From contig OZ223209.1 in NCBI GenBank assembly GCA_965140415.1, positions 4,576,001 to 4,640,000 of the forward strand: DNA of 64,000 nucleotides, written 5' to 3'. The notes beneath the pieces are model-generated. The model was not told where the DNA came from and did not search any database. It worked only from the letters and a program-made list of their open reading frames with translations. Made by a program: the position numbers and the translations under genes. Each line of letters starts with the position of its first letter. Positions within the stretch are counted from its first letter, which is position 1. Source of the DNA: Myxococcota bacterium (GTDB lineage: Bacteria > Myxococcota_A > SURF-8). Below, piece after piece: positions 20,456-34,362 of the stretch.

Positions 20456-20633
20456 CGTTTCGGTCCCCAAGAAACAGCTAAGTAGCTTTGCCCATTATTC
20501 TGAAATAATAAGCATAACAAATGCTCATCCTACTTAGCTTTTATACATGATATGCCTGTGGGAAGTCAAGTGTGATCGACATGACGAATACCCGTTGTAC
20601 GGAGTGTTCAATATTGCAGAGGAAAAATCCCTT

Positions 20634-21473
20634 TTACCTCGCCCCTCCGAAGTTGCGCTGGCGGGCGACTTCGAAGAGCAACACGGTGGTGGCCATGGCG
20701 ACGTTGAGCGAGTCGGCCACTCCCGCCATCGGAATGCGCACCTGCAAGTCCGCCTGCTTCATCCATTTTTCGGACAGGCCGTATTGCTCCGCTCCCATGG
20801 CAACGGCGCAGGGGACTCTCAGATCGACTTCGGTATGATGCTCCGTGGCGTGCGGTGTGGCGGCCAGGATGCGGATTCCCTTTTCCCTTAGCCAGGCGAA
20901 GGCCTCTTCGCTCGTGGCTTCGGCCACCGGCACGGTGAACAGGGTGCCGGTGCTGGCGCGCACGACATTGGGATTGTTGATGTCCGTGGCTCCGTCGCAC
21001 ACGATGACGCCGTCCGCTCCCACCGCATCGGCGCAGCGCAGAATCGTTCCCAGATTTCCCGGCTTTTCAATCGATTCGGCCACGATCAACAGCGGAGTGG
21101 CAGACAGCGGCAACTCGTTTAAAGTAACGCCGATTTTGGGCGCGGTGGCGATCAGGCCGTCGGGCCGGTCGCGATAGCTGATTTTCTTGAACGCGGCTTT
21201 GGAAAGCGAAAAGATCTGCGCCCCGGCATTTTTAGCCGCCTGCAATAAGGCGGGTTCATTCTCCCCCAGAAAGAGTTCGTCGCAGTAATACACGGCTTGT
21301 GGTTGAACACCCGCCTGCACGGCGCGACTCAGTTCGCGATAGCCTTCGATCAACAGCAGTCCGGCACGTTTGCGATGCGTACTATCCCGCAGCCGCACCA
21401 GATCCTTGATGCGTGTATTCTGAACGCTCGTCAATTCCGTCGCATGAAGCGTTTTTATCAAATCCTGATTCAT
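20634..21473 (-). CDS. TrmH/SpoU-family RNA methyltransferase
   Basis: EKPGNLGTILR, VVRASTG, MGAEQYGLS, IPMAGVADSLNVAMA. Confidence 0.95.
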   Translation of the reverse strand: MNQDLIKTLHATELTSVQNTRIKDLVRLRDSTHRKRAGLLLIEGYRELSRAVQAGVQPQAVYYCDELFLGENEPALLQAAKNAGAQIFSLSKAAFKKISYRDRPDGLIATAPKIGVTLNELPLSATPLLIVAESIEKPGNLGTILRCADAVGADGVIVCDGATDINNPNVVRASTGTLFTVPVAEATSEEAFAWLREKGIRILAATPHATEHHTEVDLRVPCAVAMGAEQYGLSEKWMKQADLQVRIPMAGVADSLNVAMATTVLLFEVARQRNFGGAR

Positions 21474-23044
21474 CGTGACTCACTTTTATCCTTGCAGCAG
21501 CGGAAACCTTTTGCCGATGGGTTCCAGATCGCATCGTAATCGCAGCGATGCAGCGTTTCCGAGTCGCCGCAGTTGTATGCACCACCTCTGAAATGCTCGT
21601 GGCCGTCTTCGGTGTAGACCACTTCCCACACGTTGCCATTGATGTCGAACAGGCCCCACTCGTTGGTGCAATCGGGGAAGGTGCCGGTGGGCATGACGGT
21701 AAACGCCGCTCCGCAGACCTGGCGGCAATGTGGATAGGGGCAGGGGTCTACATTCTCACAGGCGCTCATGGGACCGCAGTTACAGAAGGTGTCGATGCCG
21801 TTACAGAGCGTGGCGCTGAAATCATCGCCGTAACAATACACAGTGTAGTCCGGTCCCTGGCAGGCGTCCACCCATTCGGTGGGTAGACACAGGCGCTTAC
21901 CGGCGTTACTACAGGCCGTGTTGGCGGTCGTCAAGGAAACGGGATACCAGGGTTTGACTCCGGCTACGCTCACCGCCCGGCTGGTGTCCAGGCCGATATT
22001 CGTGGGTGTGGCGTCGGGTCGGCTGGCTTCGTAGCGATCGATGCAGAAGCGCTCGTCCACCAGCACCATGTCGTTTGGGCAGGGCCCGGGAGGATCTTCG
22101 CATAAACACCAGTTCTGGCCGGTTTCTTCGTCGAAGCCGCAGCCTAAAGGCGCGGTGTCCGAACATTGATCATTGCAATTCACCGAAACCCAGATCAATG
22201 CGCCGGGGGCGCACATGCAGGCGGTTTGTTCATCGATGCAAAAACTGCTTCCTGCCGTGCTGCAACTGCCGGAACAAACAAGAGGTGCATCCTGTTCGGT
22301 TTGATCCGGCTCCAGCTCCGGATCGGGATCTGGATCGGGGTCAGGGTCAGGGTCAGAATCGGGTTCCACCTCGTTGCGATCTACGATATCCGCATCCAGA
22401 TCGCCGTCGGGTTGACTGTCGAGATCGGCGGGTGGAAGATCGGGATCGGGATCGGCATCGCCGTCGATGAAATCCATGTCCGTATCGCCCGGTGGGAGGT
22501 CGCTGTCGGTTTCCAGATCATCATCTTGCTCGATCTCAACATCGATTTCCGCATCCGCTTCCATGTCGCCATCGACGGGGAGATCGCCGCACAAACAGGC
22601 GTCCTGATTCAGATTCGGATCGAAATCGCAGCTTAAAAACGGAGCCGCGCCGCAGATTCCCAGGGTTTCACAGTTGAATTTGCGCCAGCCGCCCGCTACA
22701 CACATGCAGATATTCTGCGTGTCGATACAAAAGGTTCCTTCCGTACAGGCTCCTTTGCATTCGATTCCGCTATCGATTTCGCTACCTTCCTTGTCGCCAT
22801 CCGGGTCGATGCAGCCGCTTTCATCGGCGTCGTCATCTCCATCGGAAGCGAGATCCGTATCGGCGGGAACACCATCCTGATCGCCAGGAATATAAATTTC
22901 ATAGTCAGCAGGAGGAGATAGGTCGCTGTCGGCCTGGGAATCGTCTTCGCTTTCAAAACAGGCGAAGCCGGATAGCGATATCACCAGCGCCAGTATCCAG
23001 ATCCATCCAATATACGGAATTTTTCCTGTGATCCTGCTTTCCAT
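21470..23044 (-). CDS. Lipoprotein with Cys-rich repeats, acidic linkers and C-terminal FGE/SUMF1-like domain
   Basis: Lipobox GFAC; CPNDMV...FCIDRYEAS...GKRLC...EW...GLFDINGNVWE...RGG...GFRCC. Confidence 0.8.
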   Translation of the reverse strand: MESRITGKIPYIGWIWILALVISLSGFACFESEDDSQADSDLSPPADYEIYIPGDQDGVPADTDLASDGDDDADESGCIDPDGDKEGSEIDSGIECKGACTEGTFCIDTQNICMCVAGGWRKFNCETLGICGAAPFLSCDFDPNLNQDACLCGDLPVDGDMEADAEIDVEIEQDDDLETDSDLPPGDTDMDFIDGDADPDPDLPPADLDSQPDGDLDADIVDRNEVEPDSDPDPDPDPDPDPELEPDQTEQDAPLVCSGSCSTAGSSFCIDEQTACMCAPGALIWVSVNCNDQCSDTAPLGCGFDEETGQNWCLCEDPPGPCPNDMVLVDERFCIDRYEASRPDATPTNIGLDTSRAVSVAGVKPWYPVSLTTANTACSNAGKRLCLPTEWVDACQGPDYTVYCYGDDFSATLCNGIDTFCNCGPMSACENVDPCPYPHCRQVCGAAFTVMPTGTFPDCTNEWGLFDINGNVWEVVYTEDGHEHFRGGAYNCGDSETLHRCDYDAIWNPSAKGFRCCKDKSESR

Positions 23045-23403
23045 GATTTTCCTCCGCGATCATCCAACAAATTCAGAAACTTACCAACTGACCTGCGCGA
23101 GCTTTGCTGTTTGTGCAACTCATGGATGACTCCCCCCTTTGTAACGAGTGGGTTGGGCCACGTCAAGCCTATTGTCCGATAATGAACGTTTCGTCGATAT
23201 CACCCGAATGTATTGGAATCTGCTGGACTTCGGCTATTAATGATGTTAGGAAAATGTTTGGTTGGTCGTGTGTCAAACGACAGAAAACACCAGCAATGCC
23301 ATTCAATGAATCGCTCGAAATACCGGGGAAAGAACTGTAGTAAACCCATGATGGGGATTGTCCGCCCTGGTTCATGTTACCCATACGCAGTGGAGGTCAG
23401 ATT

Positions 23404-25812
23404 ATGATCCGAACGAAGTGCCTGACTTTTCTCGTACTGCTGGCCATGGTCGCGCTTGTTTGCGGCTGTAACAGCAGCGATCCGGTGTTTGAAGACACCG
23501 TCTCCCCCGTGAGCGTGGATCTCACCTACTTGAAAGACGCAGAGGGGCGCTACATCCACCTGCGCGGCACCAATGTCGGCGGCAGCACGAAAGCGCCGTT
23601 GGCGGAAACGGAAGCCAACGTCAAGGAATTGACCGAAGACGATGGCCGCAGTTTCAGCTATGGCGGCGTCAACGATGTCTGGGTGCAACCCGATGGCACC
23701 GTGCTTAACGGCGCGGGTCGTCCCTTCGCATTAGACGAAGCGGACAAATGGTTCAGCCAGCTGCGCGAACTCGGTTTCAACTCCATTCGCCTGCTCTGGA
23801 TCTGGGAAAGCGTGTATCCGGTTGCCAAGGGAGAGCCGGATCTGGATTTCCTGAATTATTTCGAGGAGATCATCGCCAAAGCGGAACAGCACGGCATATA
23901 CGTGCTGATCAATGCCCACGAGAACATCTGGAGCCGCCACTTGTGGTCGGACTACAACGAAAACGCACCGGGTGTGAAAGGGGAACTGGACAACATGCTC
24001 TGGTCGCTGTTCCCCAATGACGAGGGAAAATACACCGACAAAGTGGTTGGCGACGGTGCGCCCATGTGGGCGACGCGCGTTTGTCTGCCGCACAAAAACT
24101 GGCCGAAAGACGATCCCATGGGCTATCCGCCCAACTGGGGAACGCACCGGTTATTGGGGCGCTTCAACGATGCGATCGGCGGTTACGCCTTAACCGAACT
24201 GGGCAAGGCGCTGATCGATATGGGTATCGACGCCACCGAAATGATTGCGGAAATGAAGCAACAAGCTCCGAAAACGCCGTTCGAGATCACCGATACCTGC
24301 GACATGCTGCCCTGGACGTTCTGGGGCGCGAACGTGGCAGTGAGTCTGGATGCGGAGCAGTGCTACGCCAGCTTCTTCGCCGGGGATAAAGTCTACCCGG
24401 ACGTGCGCGTGACCGAAGATGGCGAAGTGATGCACAAAGACGAAGTCCCGGACGGTGTCAAGGCGCAGACCTTGAGCGAGTATCTACAGGAATCCTACCG
24501 CGACGCCTGGGTGGAAATCGCCAAGCGCGCCAGCAAATACCCGAACGTCATCGGCTACGACATCATGAACGAACCCACCAGCGTATTCATTCTGCTCACT
24601 GCCGCCGCCGCCTATTTCGAGGCCGGTCTTGACAGCGCGGTGGAAAGCATTCTGAATCAACTGCTACCGGCGGAAGAAGGCGAAGACCCGGCGGATGGTC
24701 TGGGCGCGCAGATCTGGTTATTGATCAAAGCCCTGGAAGTGCTACCGCCCGCCACGACCGACGACATCAAGCAAAAGTGGGGGTTCGCCCATGCGAACCT
24801 TATGGAAATCTTCAACCTGAATACAGCTTTCGACAAGAACGAGTTGCAGCCGCTGTTCGAGTACGTCGGCGCAGGCATTCTGGAAGTGGACCCGGACGCC
24901 ATCATCTGGCTGGAACCGGCCTTCAGCGCATCCAATCTGCTGGGTGGCGAAGGTGGCGGTGTGGGCGGTCAGTGGCAGAGCTACATGACCAGCCCCAACG
25001 GCCTGGGCCAGACGATCTACTCGCCGCACTGGTACCCGGACATCTATCCCACGCTGGGATTCAACATGCCCTCGCGCGAATTCCGCATCGACGAGTACAA
25101 TCACCGCGATTACAGCGAGATGCTGATGCAGAAGGCGGGCTTCTCCTCCTTCGCATTGAACAACGCCCCGGTGGTTTTCGGTGAATTCGGCACCTACTGG
25201 AATTACCGCTACCTGGGTGAAGATCCGGAAACGCCGGGTTACGAGCAGAGCCGGAAGTACAACTATGAAATCTCGGCGCAGATCATGGATAATTACTACG
25301 AAGCGTTCGAGAAGCACTTCATGAGCAACATGAACTGGTGCTACACCACCGACAACGACCCGGTCTATGGGGACCGCTGGAATCACGAGGATTTCTCGAT
25401 CATCGATGAAAACGGCGAACCGCGCGGACACATGGCCTATTCGCGGCCTTACGCCAAAGCGCTTTCCGGCAAGCCGATTTCCACGCATTTCTATTCCGAC
25501 TACCACTACTACGACCCGGACAAAGGCACGCCCGATCCTTTCCACGAGTTCGAGGTGGTCTTCATGAGCAAGGAAACCGACGCTCCGACCATCATTTACG
25601 TGCCCGAGCATCAGTACCCGGATGGGTTTTACGTGTGGCTCTCCGACGGCTGGGCCGCCTGGGACGCGGAGCACCGCGATCTGTACGTCCACCTTACCGC
25701 CGACGATCCCGACTGGGAGCACAAGGTGGTCATCCGGCCTCCGATCGAAGGACAGGAGGTTGAAGGCTTCGATTACTACATCGAAGGCGAGTACGTCATT
25801 ACCGGCAAGTAA
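23404..25812 (+). CDS. GH5 glycoside hydrolase lipoprotein (endoglycoceramidase-like)
   Basis: Lipobox VCGC; DAEGRYIHLRGTNV, GFNSIRL, YDIMNEP (acid/base), VFGEFG (nucleophile), SRPYAKALSGKP C-terminal motif; GGAGG RBS. Confidence 0.85.
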   Translation: MIRTKCLTFLVLLAMVALVCGCNSSDPVFEDTVSPVSVDLTYLKDAEGRYIHLRGTNVGGSTKAPLAETEANVKELTEDDGRSFSYGGVNDVWVQPDGTVLNGAGRPFALDEADKWFSQLRELGFNSIRLLWIWESVYPVAKGEPDLDFLNYFEEIIAKAEQHGIYVLINAHENIWSRHLWSDYNENAPGVKGELDNMLWSLFPNDEGKYTDKVVGDGAPMWATRVCLPHKNWPKDDPMGYPPNWGTHRLLGRFNDAIGGYALTELGKALIDMGIDATEMIAEMKQQAPKTPFEITDTCDMLPWTFWGANVAVSLDAEQCYASFFAGDKVYPDVRVTEDGEVMHKDEVPDGVKAQTLSEYLQESYRDAWVEIAKRASKYPNVIGYDIMNEPTSVFILLTAAAAYFEAGLDSAVESILNQLLPAEEGEDPADGLGAQIWLLIKALEVLPPATTDDIKQKWGFAHANLMEIFNLNTAFDKNELQPLFEYVGAGILEVDPDAIIWLEPAFSASNLLGGEGGGVGGQWQSYMTSPNGLGQTIYSPHWYPDIYPTLGFNMPSREFRIDEYNHRDYSEMLMQKAGFSSFALNNAPVVFGEFGTYWNYRYLGEDPETPGYEQSRKYNYEISAQIMDNYYEAFEKHFMSNMNWCYTTDNDPVYGDRWNHEDFSIIDENGEPRGHMAYSRPYAKALSGKPISTHFYSDYHYYDPDKGTPDPFHEFEVVFMSKETDAPTIIYVPEHQYPDGFYVWLSDGWAAWDAEHRDLYVHLTADDPDWEHKVVIRPPIEGQEVEGFDYYIEGEYVITGK

Positions 25813-25867
25813 CGTGGACGCCCCCAGGGGACTCTCTTGGGGCTAAGATAGAAAGAGGCGAATCAAA

Positions 25868-27532
25868 ATGAAACGAATCATTGCAAGCAGCCTGTTGATC
25901 GTGATGTTGACGGTCCCCGCCTGGCTCTTCGCCCAAACGGAGCAGACCGCACAGCCTGCAACCGAAGCGACTCCCGCAGCAGCAGCGGAACCGGCACCGG
26001 CGGCGGAACCTGCACAGGCAACCGAACCCGCACCGACGGTAGAACCTGCTCCTGCTGCTGAGCCTGCACCGGCAGCAGAACCAGAACCAGCTACCGCAGT
26101 AGAACCCTCACCGGCAGCGGAAACCGCTCAGGCGGCTGAGGCGGCTGAGCCGGTTGAAAATGGTGAACTGGAAACCTTGGAAGAGTTGGAGGAACTGGAG
26201 GACTTCAGCGAACTGGAGCAGTTGGAAACTCTTGGAAGCGAGGGAATGGAGGGAGCGTTGAACGCCGAGGATGTGTTGAGCATCCTACGTAAATACGTGC
26301 GCTTCAATGCTGAACTGCAATCGCTGCTGGTCTACAAAAACGACAATGATTTCGACAATACCGCGCCTTACTACGATCCGAGCGGTCAATCCGCCGGTTG
26401 GCTGGGAACCTTTTTCAAGCCGCGCTTGACGCTGCTGCCCGCCGAAAACATCGAGATTGTATACGAATTCGAAATGGGTTTGAATCTGTGGAGCAGAAAC
26501 GACCCGGACGAATACCGCACCGGACGAGCCAGCACCTTCCAGATGGCGCATCGTGAACTGTACGCCAAGGCGTCTTTTTTAGATGAGCGCTTCGGCTTCA
26601 AGGTCGGTTATCAGCATTTCAACGATCCGACCGGACTGTTTTTAAATCACTGGATCGGCGCGGCCAGCATCAACACCAAGCAGAGTTGGGGAAGTTTTAC
26701 CTTTACCGTGGCGCAGATGCCCGGTCAGACCAACGAAGGCATCACCAACGACGTGGACAACTTCAAGCGCGACACCTTCCTGTACGGCTTGAATGCCCGC
26801 ATTCCGATCGAAATCTTTTCTTTCGATCTGGGCTTGTACGGCATGCACGACGGTCAGATCGTGGAGCAGGAACTGGACCTGTTCACCGGAACGCTGCGCT
26901 TCATGATCGATCTTGAAGTGGTGCAACTGGGGGTAGACGGCGCGATTCAGGCCGGCAAAAACCAGAACGGCGCGCAGGGTGGCGATGAAAGCCTGCTGGC
27001 CTGGGCTTCGCAGATCTTTCTGACCATCGACATGGACGGTCTGCTGATCGATTTCAACCAGTTGTTGCTTTCGGCGGACGACGACCACGAGCGCAACAAA
27101 ACGAATCACAGCTTTTACTATTCCGGCAAGGCGCGCAGCCGTACGCGCCTGTTGACCGAGGACCGTTTGCGCGACCGTGGCGACAACCTGGACGAACGCC
27201 TGGGTGAGGAACGCGGCAAGTTCTACCTGAACCGACCCGGTCTGAGTGTTTCGGATCTAACGCTAGGCTATCGGGTGAACGACTGGTTCATGCCTGCCGT
27301 CACCGGCGGTGTGGGCGTGGTGCTGAACACGCATAACGCCATGGGAGAAAAACTGGTCGGCGGCGAGTTGGATATCGATCTGGAATTCGCCTATCGCGAC
27401 CTGATTCTGTTCAATCTGACCGGTGCGGTGCTTTTCCCCGGAAAAGCGGCGGCCAGCTATATCAATCTGTATGACCGCAGCGCCACCGAAATCCAGTATC
27501 TGCTGGAAAGTTCGCTGAAAGTCATGTTCTAA
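25868..27532 (+). CDS. Outer-membrane beta-barrel/porin with N-terminal AEPAPA repeat linker
   Basis: Signal peptide; Ala/Glu/Pro repeats; alternating amphipathic strands; C-terminal Phe (LKVMF). Confidence 0.7.
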   Translation: MKRIIASSLLIVMLTVPAWLFAQTEQTAQPATEATPAAAAEPAPAAEPAQATEPAPTVEPAPAAEPAPAAEPEPATAVEPSPAAETAQAAEAAEPVENGELETLEELEELEDFSELEQLETLGSEGMEGALNAEDVLSILRKYVRFNAELQSLLVYKNDNDFDNTAPYYDPSGQSAGWLGTFFKPRLTLLPAENIEIVYEFEMGLNLWSRNDPDEYRTGRASTFQMAHRELYAKASFLDERFGFKVGYQHFNDPTGLFLNHWIGAASINTKQSWGSFTFTVAQMPGQTNEGITNDVDNFKRDTFLYGLNARIPIEIFSFDLGLYGMHDGQIVEQELDLFTGTLRFMIDLEVVQLGVDGAIQAGKNQNGAQGGDESLLAWASQIFLTIDMDGLLIDFNQLLLSADDDHERNKTNHSFYYSGKARSRTRLLTEDRLRDRGDNLDERLGEERGKFYLNRPGLSVSDLTLGYRVNDWFMPAVTGGVGVVLNTHNAMGEKLVGGELDIDLEFAYRDLILFNLTGAVLFPGKAAASYINLYDRSATEIQYLLESSLKVMF

Positions 27533-27555
27533 GCTAGCGAAAGGAAACTATCGAG

Positions 27556-29220
<1,665 letters not shown>

Positions 29221-29232
29221 GCGGAGAAAACA

Positions 29233-29454
29233 ATGAGCGATAATAAAAAGATGGTTTCGATCTGGTCCTGGGTGGGACTGATGCTGTCGGTATATGGAGT
29301 GATCGTCGGTGGTACGGGCGTGTTCTACATTTTCGAACCGGAGGCGCATACCGCAACCGCGCACCTGAACCCCTCGTTGTGGTGGGGTGGCGTTATGATC
29401 GTTTTCGGCGTGTTTTTCCTGGTGGCCGGAAAGCTGGATCGCAACCGGGAATAG
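29233..29454 (+). CDS. Small two-TM protein coupled to the SSS gene
   Basis: GGAGA RBS; two hydrophobic helices; 12 nt after SSS stop. Confidence 0.75.
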   Translation: MSDNKKMVSIWSWVGLMLSVYGVIVGGTGVFYIFEPEAHTATAHLNPSLWWGGVMIVFGVFFLVAGKLDRNRE

Positions 29455-29481
29455 TGCAGTAACGACAATCTGAACATTACG

Positions 29482-29520
29482 AAACGGAGTGGATGGCAAC
29501 GTCTGCTCCGTTTTTGTTTT
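29482..29520 (+). terminator. Rho-independent terminator
   Basis: AAACGGAGTGGATG-GCAA-CGTCTGCTCCGTTT followed by T-rich run. Confidence 0.7.
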
Positions 29521-29603
29521 ATGAGCAGATTTTATGTAGATCTTCGTTGGAACATGGCTCCTTTTCGATGGAGCAGGACCTTTCGTTGGAGTTACGTAGT
29601 TAC

Positions 29604-29673
29604 GTAGGTCGGGCAAATTTCTTGCCCGACACAAAGGGAAATCAATATTGTCGGGCATGAAATATGCCCGACC
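29604..29673. repeat. REPIN-like doublet of GTAG-type palindromes
   Basis: GTAGGTCGGGCAAATTTCTTGCCCGAC, spacer, GTCGGGCATGAAATATGCCCGACC; lies between convergent genes. Confidence 0.7.
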
Positions 29674-29694
29674 GAAACTAATTGTGTCTCATCA

Positions 29695-31935
<2,241 letters not shown>

Positions 31936-32163
31936 AACACCTCCAGTGGGGAAACGAACGTAAGCTACGTTTGTAGCGAAAAGGCGGGCAAAGATCAAGG
32001 CTGGAAAGCGCAGAAAATAATATATTCAGAACAAACGAAAGAAGCACCCATGAAATCAGGCATTTCCAGATGGCGTCCCTTGCCGAATACGCACTTTCAA
32101 CTGACCTTTTCGCCCGAATGTGATAGGCTGTTATCACATTATTCTGTAGGGAAAGGGAGAATC

Positions 32164-32802
32164 ATGCCAAAAGCCATGCGATTCGTATTTCTGATCGTCA
32201 TCATGGCATTTTACTTGCTCAGTTGCGCGGAAGATCCTTCCATTGTGTTTCTCCCCCCAGGCGGCGATCAGACCGACGGCGACATGGAATCCGAAAATGA
32301 GGATACCATCTCCGAAGAATTCGCCTGTACGGAATACGTCGATCAACTCTCCACATACACGGTTTCAGGTTTTATAGTCTACCCCGACTTCGTTCCAATT
32401 CAGCAGGACAAGCCCGAGTTGCAAATCATGATTGTCCATGGCAAATGGTCCTGCAATGAAGACAACAGCATTCGCATGGAATGGCCGGGCGGCCCGGATA
32501 TGGAACGCATCGATATGACCGAGCCAAGCGAGTTTTATTTCGAGCAGGTCATCAGCCAACGCCTGACACCGGATGGCACTCCCAACAGTTTGCAGGTCTG
32601 GGCCTGGCAGATCAACGAGCAGGAAATTCCCAATAACCCGTCGAATCCGGAATACTGCCTGGCTTCCGGCTCCGCAACGCTGGAGGTGCCGGAAAACGGC
32701 GGAGAGTTGAGCGATATCATTGTGGAACTCTCCACGAAGGTGGACAACGACAAATGTATCCCCTCGCCTCCCGAATATTGGCAGGCGAAATATGCAGAAT
32801 AG
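32164..32802 (+). CDS. Hypothetical lipoprotein
   Basis: MPKAMRF start after GGGAGA; lipobox LLSC; short DGD linker. Confidence 0.7.
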   Translation: MPKAMRFVFLIVIMAFYLLSCAEDPSIVFLPPGGDQTDGDMESENEDTISEEFACTEYVDQLSTYTVSGFIVYPDFVPIQQDKPELQIMIVHGKWSCNEDNSIRMEWPGGPDMERIDMTEPSEFYFEQVISQRLTPDGTPNSLQVWAWQINEQEIPNNPSNPEYCLASGSATLEVPENGGELSDIIVELSTKVDNDKCIPSPPEYWQAKYAE

Positions 32803-32906
32803 AGGAATCGTACGCGTGATCCACTCTCCATGTTTGGATCGTGAAGGTTGCTTTTCCTAAAACGACTACAGTTGACCAGATTAAACGCAAGCGGGTAAGA
32901 CGCATC

Positions 32907-34358
32907 ATGAGCATTCGGGATTTCAGACGAACCATCGGCATTGTCGGCATCGGCGGAACGGGAAAAACCGTGCTGTTGACTTCCCTGTTGACGCATCTGA
33001 TCCACCACGACCCCAATAGCGACGCCTTCAGGCTGACGCCGTTAAAGCGTTCCGGCGTCGGTAAATTCTTTTTCGGCGAGGAGCATCGGGTGGCGATCCG
33101 CGCGGTGTCGGAACTGCCCGCCGCCAAAGCGACGGACGCCTTCAATTTCAAGGACCACCTGAATCAGCTTTACGAGAACCGCCGCTGGCCCGGTAAAACC
33201 AACGATCTTTCCAGCGCGCGCATTCGCTTCGAGCGCTCCGACTGGACCCGTGCGCTGGATCTGACCTTTATCGACTTTCCCGGAGAGCGCATCGCCGACG
33301 CCGTGATGGGCGGCAGAGACTTCGCGCAGTGGAGCGACGCCGTTTTAGAAACCATGAAGTCGGACCCGGCCTATCTTCGCTATGCTAAAAGCTATTTCGA
33401 GCTTTGCGAGAATGCGGATCAGGTAGACGAGCAGAAGATCATCAGCGCCTATAAACGCTGCCTGGCCGCTCTGTTACTCGACTACAAACCCTTCGTCACG
33501 CCTTCCGTATTCGCATTGGACACACAAGGCAAAATGGCCAGCCTGCAAGAGGACTCCAACAATCCACCGCAAGATCCTGTCGCCTATCTTGCAGAAAAGC
33601 GTTTGTGCGGATTGGATGTCGAGAACCAGTTCACCCCGTTGCCAGCCGCTCTGCGCGCGGCTCTGCCGGAACTGGCCCTGCTTTTCAGCGAGCGTTACGA
33701 AGCGTATAAAAAGGCCATTCCGCAGCGAGTCTTCTCACGGTTGAAAAAGTGTAACCGACTTGTTGTGATTATGGATATTCCCGGTACGCTGTGTGCGCAC
33801 ATCGGACGATTGAACGACGTAGAAGAAATTTTCGCCGAGCTGCTAAACGCCTGCGATCCCGGCTCCAGTTCGATGGGGCGCGTGGGGCGCTTCATGTCCC
33901 GCCTGTTCATTCCCGAAATCTGGCGACCCAGGGGAATTACGCGCATCGCGTTTGTGGCCACCAAAGCCGATCTCGTGTTACCGGATCAGGTCGGTAATTT
34001 GGAAGCCCTGCTTAGAGGAATTGCAGAACAGCGCGCCAGCAAGATTTCGCGCAAAATCGTTTACGACTATTTCACCTGCGCCGCCATTCGCTCTACGCGC
34101 AGCATGGAGGGCCGCCTGTTCGGTTTTCCCGTTTGGGATACAAACAATCGACTGCTGCAACCACCCGAGCACGACGATCCCTGGAAGGAACTGGACCCCA
34201 GCGATCTGCCGCAGGACTGGCCGGAGGATTGGCATCCGAATCAATTCGCGTTTCCGGAAGTCTGGCCGCTACTGCCGCGCAGAAAAACCAAGCCGCCCGA
34301 TCAGGTCGGCCTGGATCGACTGCTCGACTTTTTATTGACGGAAACCTTTGCGGAATAA
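32907..34358 (+). CDS. ycjX: YcjX-family P-loop NTPase
   Basis: GIGGTGKTVLLTSL, IDFPGE, FVATKADL, CAAIRST, LDRLLDFLL; adjacent to ycjF-like gene; start could be GTG at 32841. Confidence 0.85.
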   Translation: MSIRDFRRTIGIVGIGGTGKTVLLTSLLTHLIHHDPNSDAFRLTPLKRSGVGKFFFGEEHRVAIRAVSELPAAKATDAFNFKDHLNQLYENRRWPGKTNDLSSARIRFERSDWTRALDLTFIDFPGERIADAVMGGRDFAQWSDAVLETMKSDPAYLRYAKSYFELCENADQVDEQKIISAYKRCLAALLLDYKPFVTPSVFALDTQGKMASLQEDSNNPPQDPVAYLAEKRLCGLDVENQFTPLPAALRAALPELALLFSERYEAYKKAIPQRVFSRLKKCNRLVVIMDIPGTLCAHIGRLNDVEEIFAELLNACDPGSSSMGRVGRFMSRLFIPEIWRPRGITRIAFVATKADLVLPDQVGNLEALLRGIAEQRASKISRKIVYDYFTCAAIRSTRSMEGRLFGFPVWDTNNRLLQPPEHDDPWKELDPSDLPQDWPEDWHPNQFAFPEVWPLLPRRKTKPPDQVGLDRLLDFLLTETFAE

Positions 34359-34362
34359 GGCG

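Noticed and set aside
29543-29593. Three imperfect TTCG(T/A)TGGA direct repeats
   Set aside because: Short and irregularly spaced; not distinguishable from chance or a decayed repeat.
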